A stretch of 64,000 nt of DNA from Styela clava (Eukaryota). The notes under the pieces were generated by a model that was not told the DNA's origin, searched no databases, and saw only the letters and a list, made by a program, of their open reading frames with translations. Made by a program: the position numbers and the translations under genes. The stretch is from positions 24,738,001-24,802,000 of the forward strand of contig NC_135252.1 of NCBI RefSeq assembly GCF_964204865.1, written 5' to 3'. Below, piece by piece: positions 23,821 through 37,500 of the stretch; position 1 is the first letter of the stretch; every line of letters starts with the position of its first letter.

Positions 23821-24236
23821 TGGCGAAAATACTTTTCAGAAGTTCGCGTTGTGGTGAATTCTTCTGAAAATTTGCGTTGAGGCAAATCCTTTCAAAAATT
23901 CGTGTTGTGTTGAATCCTTTGGAAAATTCGGGTTGTGGCACATCACTTCGAAAATTAGTGTTGAGACTAATCCTTTCAAAAATTCGCGTTGTGGCGAATT
24001 CTTTTGAAAATTCGCTTTGTGGCAAATCCTTTCAAAAATTCGCGTTGTCGAAAATCACTTCGAAAATTTGTGTTGTGGCTAATCTTTTCGAAAATTAGCG
24101 TTGTGGCGAATCCTTTCAAAAATTCATGTTGTGGCGAATCCTTCTGAAAATTCGCGTTGTGGCGAATCCTTTCGAAAATTAGCGTTGTGGCGAATCTTTT
24201 CAAAAATTTATGTTGTGGCGAATCCTTTTGAAAATA
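23821..24236. repeat. 28-bp minisatellite (about 15 copies)
   Basis: Unit ggcgaatcctttcgaaaattcgcgttgt, period 28 (24133 to 24161), containing the palindrome TTTCGAAA. Confidence 0.92.
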
Positions 24237-24336
24237 TCTGAATCGAGTTTCGGGTATCCTTTAAATACAAAGTCTTGTTGAGGACGAAAGGCGTGAGAAA
24301 GTGTTGTACATAAATCAAGAAAGCGATGCCCGAATA

Positions 24337-24718
24337 CCGTGTTTCCCCGAAAATAAGACAGGGTCTTATTTCAATTTTCCTTCGAAAAATACCACTAGGA
24401 CTTATTTGAGGGGGACGTCTTATTTTCATTTATCAAAACCAAAATTACAAAGTAGAGAATTACGAGATTTTCAAATATACATAACATGAAAACCGATATC
24501 CATTTACCTATAAATAACACGTTTTCCGTTTTCACACATTTAGATTGAACATTTAAAACGTGTAGGAGAGACTTTTTGCTGTCGACTGGACTAGGTGAAA
24601 AAAACTTTTGCGCTATCGACTAGGACTTATTTTAGGGGAAGGGTTTATATTAAAATCGTTTTTAAAATTTTGGCTAGGCCTTATTTTCGAGCTAGGTCTT
24701 ATTTATGGGGAAACACGG
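24337..24718. mobile_element. Tc1/mariner (Tc2-like) MITE
   Basis: TA TSD on both sides; TIRs ccgtgtttccccgaaaataagac / gtcttatttatggggaaacacgg. Confidence 0.82.
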
Positions 24719-27700
24719 TATATGGACACGTAATCCAAAAAAAGTATTTTTTCGCACCGTAGTACCCACGGGTATCAATTAATCTTCGAGTTTCGCGTAG
24801 CGTCAAATCGGAAAACGCCGCCAAGCTTGGCGGATGAAAAGCCGTGTTCCCACGAAAAAAATATATATAACAAAATTTTGGATGAAATATCAGATCTCAA
24901 AGGAAATTTAGGAAAAAAAAGGCTAGGCTACTCCTGAAGTATGCGCACCAAGATGTCGCATAACCTGAACCCAAACCTGGTACACAACCTGAGTTCAGGT
25001 TGTGCGCCATCTTGGTGCGCATACTTCAGGAGATCCAAAAACAGTAATAGGCTTCTAGAGAAAAAAGCAATTTGTACCCACTGAACATTTCAAAGCACTT
25101 GGTCCATTTTTCCTAAGGTAACAGGAAAAAGAACAATAACAACAGCAATAAAGGCAAGAACCAAACAGTGGAATGTTTTGTTACACAAGTCATAACAACA
25201 GAAATTTATTTCTTTATAATTGTTATTCTATCTCTTTGACTTATTTCTGTTTGTTGAGCAAAATAGCAACTAATCACTTATTCCTTACTGTTGGGGTTTG
25301 CATTTCAGCACACGGCGCGTAATTCTCGTACTGATCGTTTTGGTACCTATCGCGACTTGCGCTGAAAGACACTGAAGTTTTTTAAACGTATGCTTTTTTT
25401 AATATTGTATTCCCACGTGTCATGCGTGTGTTCATGGTCAATATTGATTATGGTAAGGGTGTTGAAATGTGTTTTTTCACCTGTGTGAGTGAGGAGGAAT
25501 GAGCAATCATTAACTACATTTTGGGTCTTTCCTACAGCCCCCGCCACTAATGCAAAAATATAAGATTCGAACCCCACGTTTTAAAATAACAAATTAGTAA
25601 TTATCCATTTGCGGTTAGGGTAAGAAATGATTTGAAAATTTATATTTTCAGTGCAATCTTCACAGCTAACTCTAACTGGATAATTACTATTATTTGAGAG
25701 TTCTCGGGGGTGTTTTTAGGATGCGTGGGGGGACGAAAATGATTCGAAATGATGTTACGAAGTGATGGGATGTGAAGAAGGATAATGACAATATCAAGAT
25801 GTGAGATTCAAATGATTTCATCCGAGAAAAAAGCAAGTTTATGTAATCGGTTCGGACAATATTTGAAACCCAACCACTTCAAGCAATCAGTAATTTATTT
25901 CTTCATCATATTGAAAATACGAACTATAAAAACACAAATTTAAAGAAAATTAAAATATCGAACTTCGGGGTAAAAGGAGAAGCCGAAAATCAATTATTGT
26001 TATCGAGCGAGGTGGCACCCTTGGGACAATCTAACTAAAGACTAACACAGTGGTTTCCAACCTTTTAACTACAAGGAAAACAAGACTCTTTTTGCAAAAA
26101 TAAATACTTTCAATTCAATTATTAGAATGAAAAGCAACAGCATCATTCATTGCTACTGCAATAAATATTTTGACCCTAATTACACAAATGCAACTGAAAT
26201 TTTCAATAACCATAGTAATTTTTAATAGACTTGTGACCAACTTGAAAATGTCTCTATGACTCAGCAGTGGTACATGGCCCACTCGGTGAGAACCAGTGTA
26301 CTAACAGAACATGATAAATAGAATAAAAGGCTTTTTTATTTGATTCTTTGCATAACGTCATACTATTAGACTATTTGAGAAGTTCAGCATTTTCCGGATA
26401 CACTGAGAACCCTTACGAACACCCAAACCCGAACCGAAAGCTCCACGTCGCGAGCAAACACTTGACAAAAACGTGGTTTTCGATCACGCGTTTGTTGACA
26501 CTCTATCACGCCTTTAGTACGCGATTTATCATCACGCTTGAATACATCGACCAATCAATACACCGTGATCACGCACTTGCGGCATTCCTTGTAAGGTTAC
26601 TCAAGGTTAATGTCCCAGACGCCGGCATGGGCTATTTTGTCTGGCATTATAGGCTTTAATTTTGATGCCAAAATAAATATCTATTTGAATATAATAATAA
26701 TAATTATATCATATTCATTGTATATATGTGAATTTTTGTGTTTTATTGAAGCTCAGTTTGTGAGGTCGTAACGAAGTTATGTGCCATTCATACCATTCGC
26801 TTCCGGCAACTTTCAACATAAAACTTTACTGCTTTATGTGATATAGTCTAATACTGTGATATAGGATTGTGAAATTGAGCATAAACGCTTTGTAGGCAGG
26901 TCGTAAATGAGGCAATATTTCGGTTATTGCGCTACGAAATTATCCAGCCAGCCGGAAACTAACTGTCGAAATGATGGCAAAATACCCAAAACGGTAGCAG
27001 GGGAATGGTCGTGCAATATTTCTTGAACGTTGCGAGCTGAAGTCAGGATGTGGTCATATGCGTGCATGTTTCAGTGTTTATTCGTCTCAACAAGTTGTTT
27101 AAATTAGGGCATTGAGAGGTTACAAGGTCGCGTTTGAGCTTGTGAATCGTGCGGGAAAACATGCCCGGGTATCAATTTGTGAATTACAGAATTGCTTCTA
27201 CAAAATTGAAGGAAATTTTTTTAACACTTGAACATCTATGATTGCAAAAAAATAACAAACGCTATTTTATGATAATTGATTAATCTCTGTAACCTGTTGG
27301 CAGGTTCTAAATATGATTGTATGTGTGAAAATGACAAACTGGAAATTGATTTAGGAAGATTGATTTCTGGACTTGTAAGTCTATAAATGTTCATGAGCAC
27401 AAGGTTTGATAATAAGATTGATAAGTGTTCAATAAACTTAAGTATGTAAGATGTTCAGCCTTTGTCTTAATACTGAAATTAGTGGTTGAGGCGCGGTCTT
27501 GTCAGACAAAAATTAAGTTAATAGGTTTATTTCGATTCTCTATAATAGGATAGGATTTACATATTTATACCAGGGGAGAGGAAAGTCCTCTCGCACATAC
27601 AGACATAACCATCCCTGCATGGGATTTGAACCTGCGAACCCACGCAGAGTAATTAGAGGTGCGGTGGCGAGCGTATTCCTAACACTTAGCCCGTTGAGCC

Positions 27701-28560
27701 ACACCGCCGCGCCTAATCAATTTGTAGATTGTATGGAAATTGCTGCATATAACAATATAAGTTGCCTGGTTACATTGGTAAGATTTCTGTCTCCAAAACA
27801 AGTGACACATAAATAGTAGCAAGTTCGTTTCGATTTTCTGTTACAATACAACAAAGAAGCGATACGGGGCAAAACAAACAAATGCAGCAAAGTCTGAAAG
27901 AAGAATTAAGACATGATGATTCACTGCCCACTTACTATCTAAAACAGCAAACAACACATTGAAGTAAATTAAAAAAAAGGATACACTCACTAAAAGAGTT
28001 CGAGCGCAAATACTTAGCACTGGCAGTAACCTATTTCTCTTTTTTTTAATAATAAATGAAATAATGATATAAGTAGGGTGGTTCACGTAACCGCTGGTCG
28101 ATTACGGCTTCATCCTATCCCAAAAATCCGAAAACAACTAACAGTCAATTCCATACATGACATGGAATGGTAACCGGATAATGATCATGGTTCGCCATAT
28201 TATGGTTAAGCAGTTTTATCGGCTTTCCTCTTCCCGGGATGAATATGTAAATGCTGAATGCAGATGAAACACAACAATTCCATGAAAAAAATTGAACAGT
28301 TTTATCTGTATTGTAGCAGAGCCATTGTAAATCCCATTTACGGTATCCTACTTCAGTACTTCGAGAATCGGATTTTTATAACCTATAAGACAGCCATGAT
28401 GAGCATAAAATGGCAGCATTGACACTTACACTTTATGATCAAATTATTCCGCCTAATCACGCTTCAGTGGTTTCTAGCAGCAGAATATTCATTGTTCCCT
28501 TCTATTTACAGATAGAAATATTTATTCTTTAATTTATTTAAATATCTTCCAAATATTGCA

Positions 28561-31500
28561 ATGAAGGCAGGAGATCCGGATTTAAAAGATGTTTTCTTAA
28601 AGGTAAGCTTTTTATTTGATAATTATCTCAATACTCCCCAAGCCTTATGAAGAAGTACAGTAGGGCTCTGTTCTCAAATTCCAAGATGCCTCGACATTGG
28701 GTTCAATAAAACAAACACGACATTTGTCCTTGAAATGAGGATGTCTGACACGATGGCAGATGCGTCAGATTGTGGCGAGCTTGTCTCGATAATAATCTAC
28801 ATTTATCACTAACGTCATGTGATCGAAATCGCATTTATTTGCAGCTGAAAACTCTTTAACGCCACAGTGAAAAATGTTTTTGGTGAATTGGGTTTGTTTT
28901 TCCGGAGGAATTCAATGGTAAATGTTATTAGTTGCGCTTCCTTTTTAATTTATTGCGCAAAGCTGATTTGTCGATATGGAGGCCCAGACTGTCTCATAAA
29001 AGAGGGTTTTATACCAACTGTTGTAATTGATGTCTTTCAATGTGGGCCCTATTCTTGGAGTCACAGTTCTGCGATTCCACGCAGCGACGTGTTTTTGCAC
29101 TTGTATTATTTTTTCATCTCAATGTTTACAAGGTTGAAGTCTGATTAGAGTGCATCCCATTAAGTTTTGTGATGTAGCAATGTGAAATTATTAACCATGT
29201 AATACTTTTATGTTTCGTGTTTAAACCTCACTGATTTTCTTTCATGTTTGTTTGTCTTGTGTATCGTAATAATTTTGTACCATTACAGAATCTAATTTAA
29301 ATTATTTTGCGTATTGTACTTTTTAGGTACCCCTGAAGTATGTGTACCAGGTTAGGGTTTGGCAGTAATTTTATTTCGATTTCCCTTATCTCAGTTCTAT
29401 TACGAGTTCGGGGACTGTTAGCCAAGTGGATATATCCCCTGCCTATAGGTTTCCATCCCTTTATACAACTAGATGTAAAATAGGCAAACAAAATCAGTTA
29501 CCCGCATATTGGTACATACACTTCTGGAGCGCCATTTTTTTTACCATGATAGAGTTCAAATTATCTAATCTAAAATAGGTATTACTGGGTGAATGTTTAA
29601 AAAAATATTTATTGTATATGGTATTGTGTATAACCTGGACACAGTGGCGTGTCTATTGGGGCCAAAGGGGCAGACGCCTCGGGCAGCATGTTACAAACAT
29701 TTTACTCTTTCTTGACCTTTAATTTATTTATACTAATGTATAACAACATCTATAATTTGTCTATCTCCCGAATTTCGAAGTTAGGTATAAGCGGCAGCAT
29801 TATCAGAAACTTGCCCCGGGCAGCAGTAAAGTTTGACACGCCACACTGTAGATAAAACATTATTTTTTTTAATGTCAACTCCAGTATGCAAGTGTTGAGA
29901 AAGATGGGGAGCATTACATGACGAGGGAAGATTTTGTTGTTAAATTCTTACTAATGATGCAATATGGGAACAGAAGTCTGGAAACGTTAAATTTAGTTGG
30001 AGGAGTGGCGGACACAACAAATGATGGGTAAGTTTAGTATTGAGTAGAACGTAGAAGTGTCAAAACCATTCCAAGCGGTAGGAATACGCCACCGCAACCT
30101 CTGCTAACTAATCCTAAATGCAACTTGGCCTGGTAATCAAACGAAAGGCCGTGGTTTGCCATATGATCAAGCCGCCTTGTCGACTTTCGTTGAATCATAT
30201 CCTAAATTTCGAGTGACCGATCGAGAAGAGTATCCTTGCGGTCATCTATTATTATACTCAACATGGACTGGTAACTGGATGAGAGGCTGCGATACGCCGT
30301 GTGATTGAGCTAACCAGTAATTAGTAGTTTATTTTAGACATGCTGAAAATACACATTGTACATACAGAATAAAGAAAGATGAAAAAAAATGAATTTCAGT
30401 GTGAAGGGAGACGCGATTAACCAGTAATAGTTATCGGGCAGCGTCACTGAGCTGTCCTGTCACTTGTCAGCCTTTGACAGCATATGATTAGGCCAATTTA
30501 CTTGCTTTCTTTCCCCGTTGGATGAAGATGAAAACATATCCTAGCAATATTAAGAAAATCAGTAACAAACTTGCAAAAACTGAGCAAATGTTCCCCTTTT
30601 TTCAGTCTCATATCTTGGCCGGAATTTCAAGCGTTCGAATCCATCCTTAGCCTTCCTGATTCTCTCTACCAAGTCGCCTTCTCACTGTTCGATGTCAATT
30701 GCAATGGAAGCATCAATTTTAGTGAGTTACTCATTATATTGCTATTTTATACATGTTTGCTTTAAGCTGATCCATCAAAGTTGAAAGAGTGCCAAAGGAT
30801 GTGCTGCTGACAGCCACATGGGCACTTATGTCCGGTGACCGTACATTTGAACCCACGTACATTTTGAACCCATGTATATATCCGCGGGTTCAATCTATAT
30901 GCGGGTGCTAAAACCTATGGGTTAGGGTTAGTATGGGTTCAAATATCCGTAAAACAAAAAAAATTTCCATAGGTGCAATAGTATGCAGGTGCAATTGTCG
31001 TGGGGTCAGATGTACGTGGGTTCAAATGTACGGGAACCCTTATTTCCATGTATGTTTACTTAGAGTGGACCGATAGAAGAATTTTATAAGGCCACTGGCA
31101 CGCTAAGGGCTATCTATAGCTTTCAGCTTTTTATTTATATTAAATTTGTCTGTAGCGATCATTTTTGCTTATATTCTGCTTCAAGTGAGAGTCTCTGCTG
31201 TTAGTGTGCAGCAAGACTCTTTTATCACGTATGATAGTTACTCTTGCTACAGCATCCTTGCAATATACACATACGGATCTACCGACACAAAAGCATAGAA
31301 GAAGTATAAGTAGTTAGTCTTGCAGAAACCAAATAATCAGCGCAATTCTGCCTCAATGTAGCAAATATTTATCTCTTAGCTCAGTGTTTCCTTGGGGTCA
31401 TGGACCCTCGAGGGATCACTGCACAGGGATTCTGCACCGATATGAAAAGGGTCTGATCGATCTTTAGTGATTGATTTTAATCAAACAGCCATTGCGTCAT

Positions 31501-34500
31501 TTTGGTTGAGAATTGCAGATGAATATCCATTGCTGTTAGAAAAAGCAATTAAAATTCCATTGCCTTTTGCAACTTCCTCCTATGTGAGGCAGCATTTTCA
31601 GCTCTTACCACAAGTTTGGACCTACGAGTTTTCTTGTTACCTATTGTTTCGAGAAGTGATAAATTGTGCAATGAAAAGCAACCTCATCTATCACATTGAT
31701 ATCCTTTGTGTTGTAAATGAAACATTATCCTTCCTAGTTAGTTAAGCACAGAAATTGATACGACATAGGAAGGGGGTCAAGTCAAAACTAAGATTTTCAA
31801 ATATGGGTCCGCTGCCCAAAAGTTTGGGGGGGCTCCCGAAGTATGCGAACCAAGATGGTGGACATCGGAATGTAATATGTGTACTAGGTTAGGGTTAGGC
31901 CATAATTTTAGGTATAAATACGACGCTAGTCTTCGAACTGATAATAGGACTAAAATAAGGAAAATTGGAAAAAAATTATCGCCTAACCCTAACCTGTTAC
32001 CCATGTTACGTTCCGATGTCCGCCATCTTGGTTCGCATACTTCGGGAGCCCCAGTTTGGGACCATGTCTTAGCTCATCAGTGGAATTATTCTAATTTCTC
32101 AAAATTATCGCCGGTCGTGTTGAAACCATTAGAAAATCAACATTGACTTTATTAGTGTTTCCAACTCATTTATTTTATCACAGTGTTTACATAATCCTCT
32201 TATTGTTACATCACAGCGGAAGTTGAAGAAATCTTCAGCAAGACAGAATGTCATCGGCACATACCTTTCACCTGGGATTGTAAATTTGTGAAATTACATT
32301 TCGGCCGGAATTTGGACAAAGCGTTGAATTATGCAGAATTCACACAGTTTTTACAGGTTGGTTTAATCAATGGCTAGACAGTCAATGAATATTAATTTTT
32401 GCAATATTGAAAAAAAAAATAATTAGATTATATTATCTTGACTTGCTGAATGAATCCAATTTAGAAAGAATAAAAAATTCACCTCATATACGATATACAG
32501 GGTTGTCAGACCAAGTGTAGACAAATGTTTATTAAAATATTCACAATATAAATGTAAGAAAGAAAAACAATATTTTTCAGAAAATAGCATTATAAATATA
32601 ATATTAGAATCCATTGTTCTCCCTTTAACTTCACTACACGTCTTCATCTGTTTTGAACTCGACTGTGCGTATGGTTTCTTTTGAAATTTTGTCCTTTGAA
32701 CACACTTTGATCAGTGCTAGCCATCACGAATGATTCCTTATTTGCCGATTTATTAATACAGACGCATTGAGATGTAACTCTCAAAACGGTGAAAACATGC
32801 CCTTTCTGTTTTTGGTGGACAGAAACGGCAAGGGCGATCTCTAAAGACAAGAAATGGTAGCGCTATAATTGTAAACGCTATTCATCGAATACAAAAGTTA
32901 ATTGTTGCAATTATTCAAAGCTGCGAACCTCAGGTTGATAACAACTGCTCTAAGGCATAGATTGATGACTTGTTGGGACAAAATTTAAAAAAAAACCATA
33001 CGGGCCTCGCGCAGTCAAGTTCCAATCAGATCGAAGCGTGTAGTGAAGCCAAAGGGATGATATATAGAAAAATAACAATGAATTCTATTATTTATTTTTA
33101 TAATGCTATTTTCTGCAAAATAAATTTTTTCTCTTTTACATTTATATTGTAAATATTTTAATAAACATTTGTCTACACTTGGTCTGATTACCCTGAATTT
33201 TGTAAATGGGTGTGGATCTGGTTGGGATATAAAATAAAGAAGTATTATGGTAAGTCTAGGCAAGGCCGAGACAGCACAGCATAATTACAAACAAAATTTG
33301 GGGCTCCCGAAGTATGCGAATCAAGATGGCGGACATCGGAATGTAATATGTGTACTAGGTTAGGATTAGGCCATAATTTTAGGCATAAATACTACGGAAG
33401 GCTCTTGGCTAGTCTTCGAACTGATAATAGGACTAAAATAAGGAAAATTGGAAAAAAATTATCGCCTAACCCTAACCTGTTACCCATGTTACGTTCCGAT
33501 GTTCGCCATCTTGGTTCGCATACTTCGGGAGCACCCAAAATTTGCTATTTTGTCTTATTATATGGGCGTGGTAGAATTGAAAGATTTTCAGAGTGAGAGA
33601 TAGTAGTGTAACATCGGAGTTCAATAACCAATGTACAGAAACTAAACAAAATTTGAATAGGAAATCTTAAACGTAATCGACTGTACTAATTTTAGATCGC
33701 AGACAAAGCCAGTGTCTGTATCAATCAATCACTTTACAAAATAAAAAACAGTGTAAAATCATTTAATCATTTATACATGAATATGTAAATGTATAAATGA
33801 ACTCACATCATGATCAAATTGATTATTACATAACATACTAAGTGCGATTTTATTAAAATAGAAAACAATGTCATGAATTTAACAGCACGAATCATGAACT
33901 CTATATTAAACAAAGGCAATTTATTACTTATCGATCTTAAGAGTATTCGTTAAGGTATTTGTCTATCTATCTGTCTGTTTGTTTGTTAGATGAACGCGAT
34001 ATCTCACGAAAGCGAGATTGGATCTGCTGCAGATTTTGCATGTGCATTCATCATATCTCGTACCAGAAGCCTATTGATTTTGGGCGAATTATGTCGTATA
34101 ATTAGCGAGTTATCAATTAATTAGTGATGAGACACAAGGCGTCACTATGGAGCAAGAGCGCTGTTTTGGGGGATCCCCAACTTTCGATAAGTCTCCGGTC
34201 TTTGACCGATATTCTCGTTTATATATTTACATATTCACGTAGCCCTGGTCTAAACCTAAATTTTCATGATGGAAGCCTAGGATCGTTGAGAGCTGTTTCT
34301 TTTTTGTTAAAATACTGACTTGGCTAATTTTGTAACTGTCCAAAGTAGCAATAAATACATTTGAGTCGTTAAATAAAGTATTTTTAATTTACTGAGGAAC
34401 ATAATCGTTAAGCAACACTATTTTTATTAAATTTATTCTGGGACTCTGTAAATAATAGTCAACCTTTTCACGGGCTCCGTAACACTATAAGTTTGGAAAT

Positions 34501-37500
34501 TCCTGGCCAGACTGGCGTCACTTTTTATATCACTCATGAGCCAGGACTAGGAATGGGCATTTTGAATCGAATATGAAATTATTCGAATCGTTTCAGAGCA
34601 AAGTTTCGAATCGGCGCCATCTTGATTTTTTTCTTTCTGCCAATGGTCGAGCTAAATTTCTCATTTTTTTTATTGAAGCCATATTTTTTCAACGCAATTC
34701 TGACATATGACGCTTTTCTGTAGTGAGTTATTGATGAAACCATGTTTCTTATTGTGTGTGAACACTCAGCAATCTGCCTGAGTGATGTATTCTATGTTTT
34801 TAGTAATTTATGTGTCTGGAGGACCTAATATAACATAAAAGTTACATACAATTTTATATCTCCAAAGTATTCGAGATTCGAAAAAAATTATTCGATTCGA
34901 TTCTGAAATCATGAGGTATTCGAAAATGCCCAGCCCTAGTCATGACGCAAGAAAAAGATGGTGGCGTGGTGGATTTTATCTCTGGGATTTGCCTTGTTGT
35001 AAAGAACAAATTTCAATTCTAAGACCTGCGCTATAAATAACGGTTCAAATATTTTGGATTTTGGAATTTTTTGACTGGGGTATTCAGAGGGTACAATGGC
35101 AAGTGTATCCCTATCAGTCACCAAGATATGCTGACTATATTTCTTATACAGGGCTTTATTTTGAAATAAAAAGGGAACAATCATTGTCTGAGAAACCTAT
35201 TGTTCTCACTATTGTTATGTAACAGTAGCTGTTCTATTTATAGAAGACCATGCCATATATTATGCTGACTATATTTCTTATACAGGGCTTTATTTTGAAA
35301 TAAAAAGGGAACAATCATTGTCTGAGAAACCTATTGTTCTCACTATTGTTATGTAACAGTAGCTGTTCTATTTATAGAAGACCATGCCATATATATTGGC
35401 AAATGTAGCAATGGAATTTCCCTTTTGTTCAGTTCTTATCGCACAATTGTCATCCCATCTTCAGATCAAAATTAGAGTGGTAGTTTGCTAGCATTGTGGC
35501 CCCCTCCCTACCCGTTTGGGGGGCTGTTGGGCCCAGTTGGGAACAGCTGATATAGACGTTAAAAAACATTGGATAAACTATATTGCTACCTTACCAGCTG
35601 TACGTGCCCCACTACGAAAAATCCTGATTCTCATTTTCAACTCATTATAAATGTATGATACAGTAAATAGCCATAACTTTGCCCAAAGTAACTCCGAGAG
35701 AGCACACCAACATGCCACGAATACGTAGTCATATAGTCAATTCACTTTCGCAGCTGGCTGGTCATGATCACTCATCTGTAACTGATGACATCACAGGTCA
35801 GGCTCAACCATCTTGGAGAATGCTAGTTGCCAGAAATACAATAAAGATACGGTTAGCTTTAACAATGAACTACTTTGTATTTCAAGGAACTTCAAATCGA
35901 ACATGCACTTCAAGCGTTTGAGCGCTTTGATGTCCGCAAGGAGGGAGCGATATCTGCTCTTGCGTTCAGAGACATCATGGAGACGATACGACCTCATTTA
36001 TTGACCGATTTTGTCAAAGAAAACTTAATTGCGGTAAGTCGTCTTTGATTTTTCTTTGTAATTGAACTGTTTGTGGAAAAGTGGTCATAATAAAATATGT
36101 ATGAAAATAGGGTGCCCATAAAGTCACAAAATTTTTTAAAATCGCAAGGGGGATTTATCGATACCATATATTGTTTTGGCCCTCACAGATGTATTAAATG
36201 AAGTAAAAACACTTACTATAATTAATAGTTAAAAAAGCAATAAAGCTGGTTAAGAATTCAGGGTTGTCCAAATCGAATCGAATATTCGAATGTATTCAAA
36301 GTATTCGAATACCTTTTCGGCTGATTTTCGAATAATTCCGAATAGTAGCCACTTTTCGCCGTAAAACGTGGTGTTTCGTTTTACGGAAATCTTTAATCGA
36401 CTTTTTACGCTGTCTCACATTTTGTAATGATGATGAAATACAATGATTGTTTATATTCTGTGTGACTGTACGTCGCATAATGTTGCACACATTTGCACGT
36501 TTGCGTCGGTGGACATTGCCGACATTCGTCTACGAGGCTTTTAATTTACAAATTCATTTCCATTACGTCGAAAAATTGACTAGACTAACCAAACTAACCA
36601 AACTACCAAACTAACATGATCTGGTTCTAAACATATAAAATTATTAGCGCATACCAGCATAACTGAACAACAGGGACACCATTTTTCTACCCGTCTCATT
36701 GGAGACCTATATGGAAAAAAAACTTTTTTGAGTGCTAAAAATAGACATCGTCCTATTTCCCATGTGGACTTATTAGCTGGGAAATACGGTATTTATAGCC
36801 GTCATTGTTACGATATCCAATAAATTGTCACAAGTTGGAAAAACAAGTCGATTTATTAAAAAATAATTTTGATAGCGATATTTAAAAGTATCAATCCTTT
36901 ACCAGGCGGATTTTTTGTTGAGCAAAATAATCCAATCCATGACGGGTACCAGCATTTAAAATGTCATGCCGTATTAATTTAATTTTGTTCAACGTAACTC
37001 ATGGTTGTATCGACAATCTGTGAACATAAAATGTTTGGTAAACTGACCGATATTATTAAATATTGATTCCTATTTTCATATTGATAAAATAATGAAAGTA
37101 TTAATACCAAATACCACAGGTATTTGTGGACATGAAATTCGGATTCATATTTACAAAATAATAAAACTATTATAATTCTAAAATGCAATGGCGATCTGTG
37201 GACTGAAAGTATGTGGTAAACTGCGCGATTTACCAACATTTGAGTTATGATAATAGAATTAAATTAACACGGTCAGGCATTTTAAATAGTGGTATCGGTC
37301 GTGGATTCGAATATTTTGCGCAGCACAAAATCATCCTAGTAAAAAGTCCATACTTTTAAATACAAACCAATGACAACAATTATCCAAATTAGTTCCCAAA
37401 AAGCGGGATAAAGTATAAATTCTTTTTCTGACTTGTGACAATTTTTTCGTGAGTATACGAAAATAAGAATCAAAAACTAATTATATTCGTCACAATATCA

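Larger units (their letters stand above)
31382..32066 (+). mobile_element. Decayed hAT (Buster/Charlie) element; related copy near 40250-40540
   Basis: Ends cagtgtttc and aaagtttgggacc; contains a transposase remnant. Confidence 0.7.

Noticed and set aside
23821-24236. CRISPR-like periodic palindromic repeat
   Set aside because: Units are contiguous with no unique spacers, there are no cas genes, and the context is eukaryotic.
31877-33596. Recurrent ORFs [15 protein letters not shown]... (also at 15570, 50092, 61403)
   Set aside because: Translations of non-coding MITE copies; LGLG reflects TTAGGG repeats.
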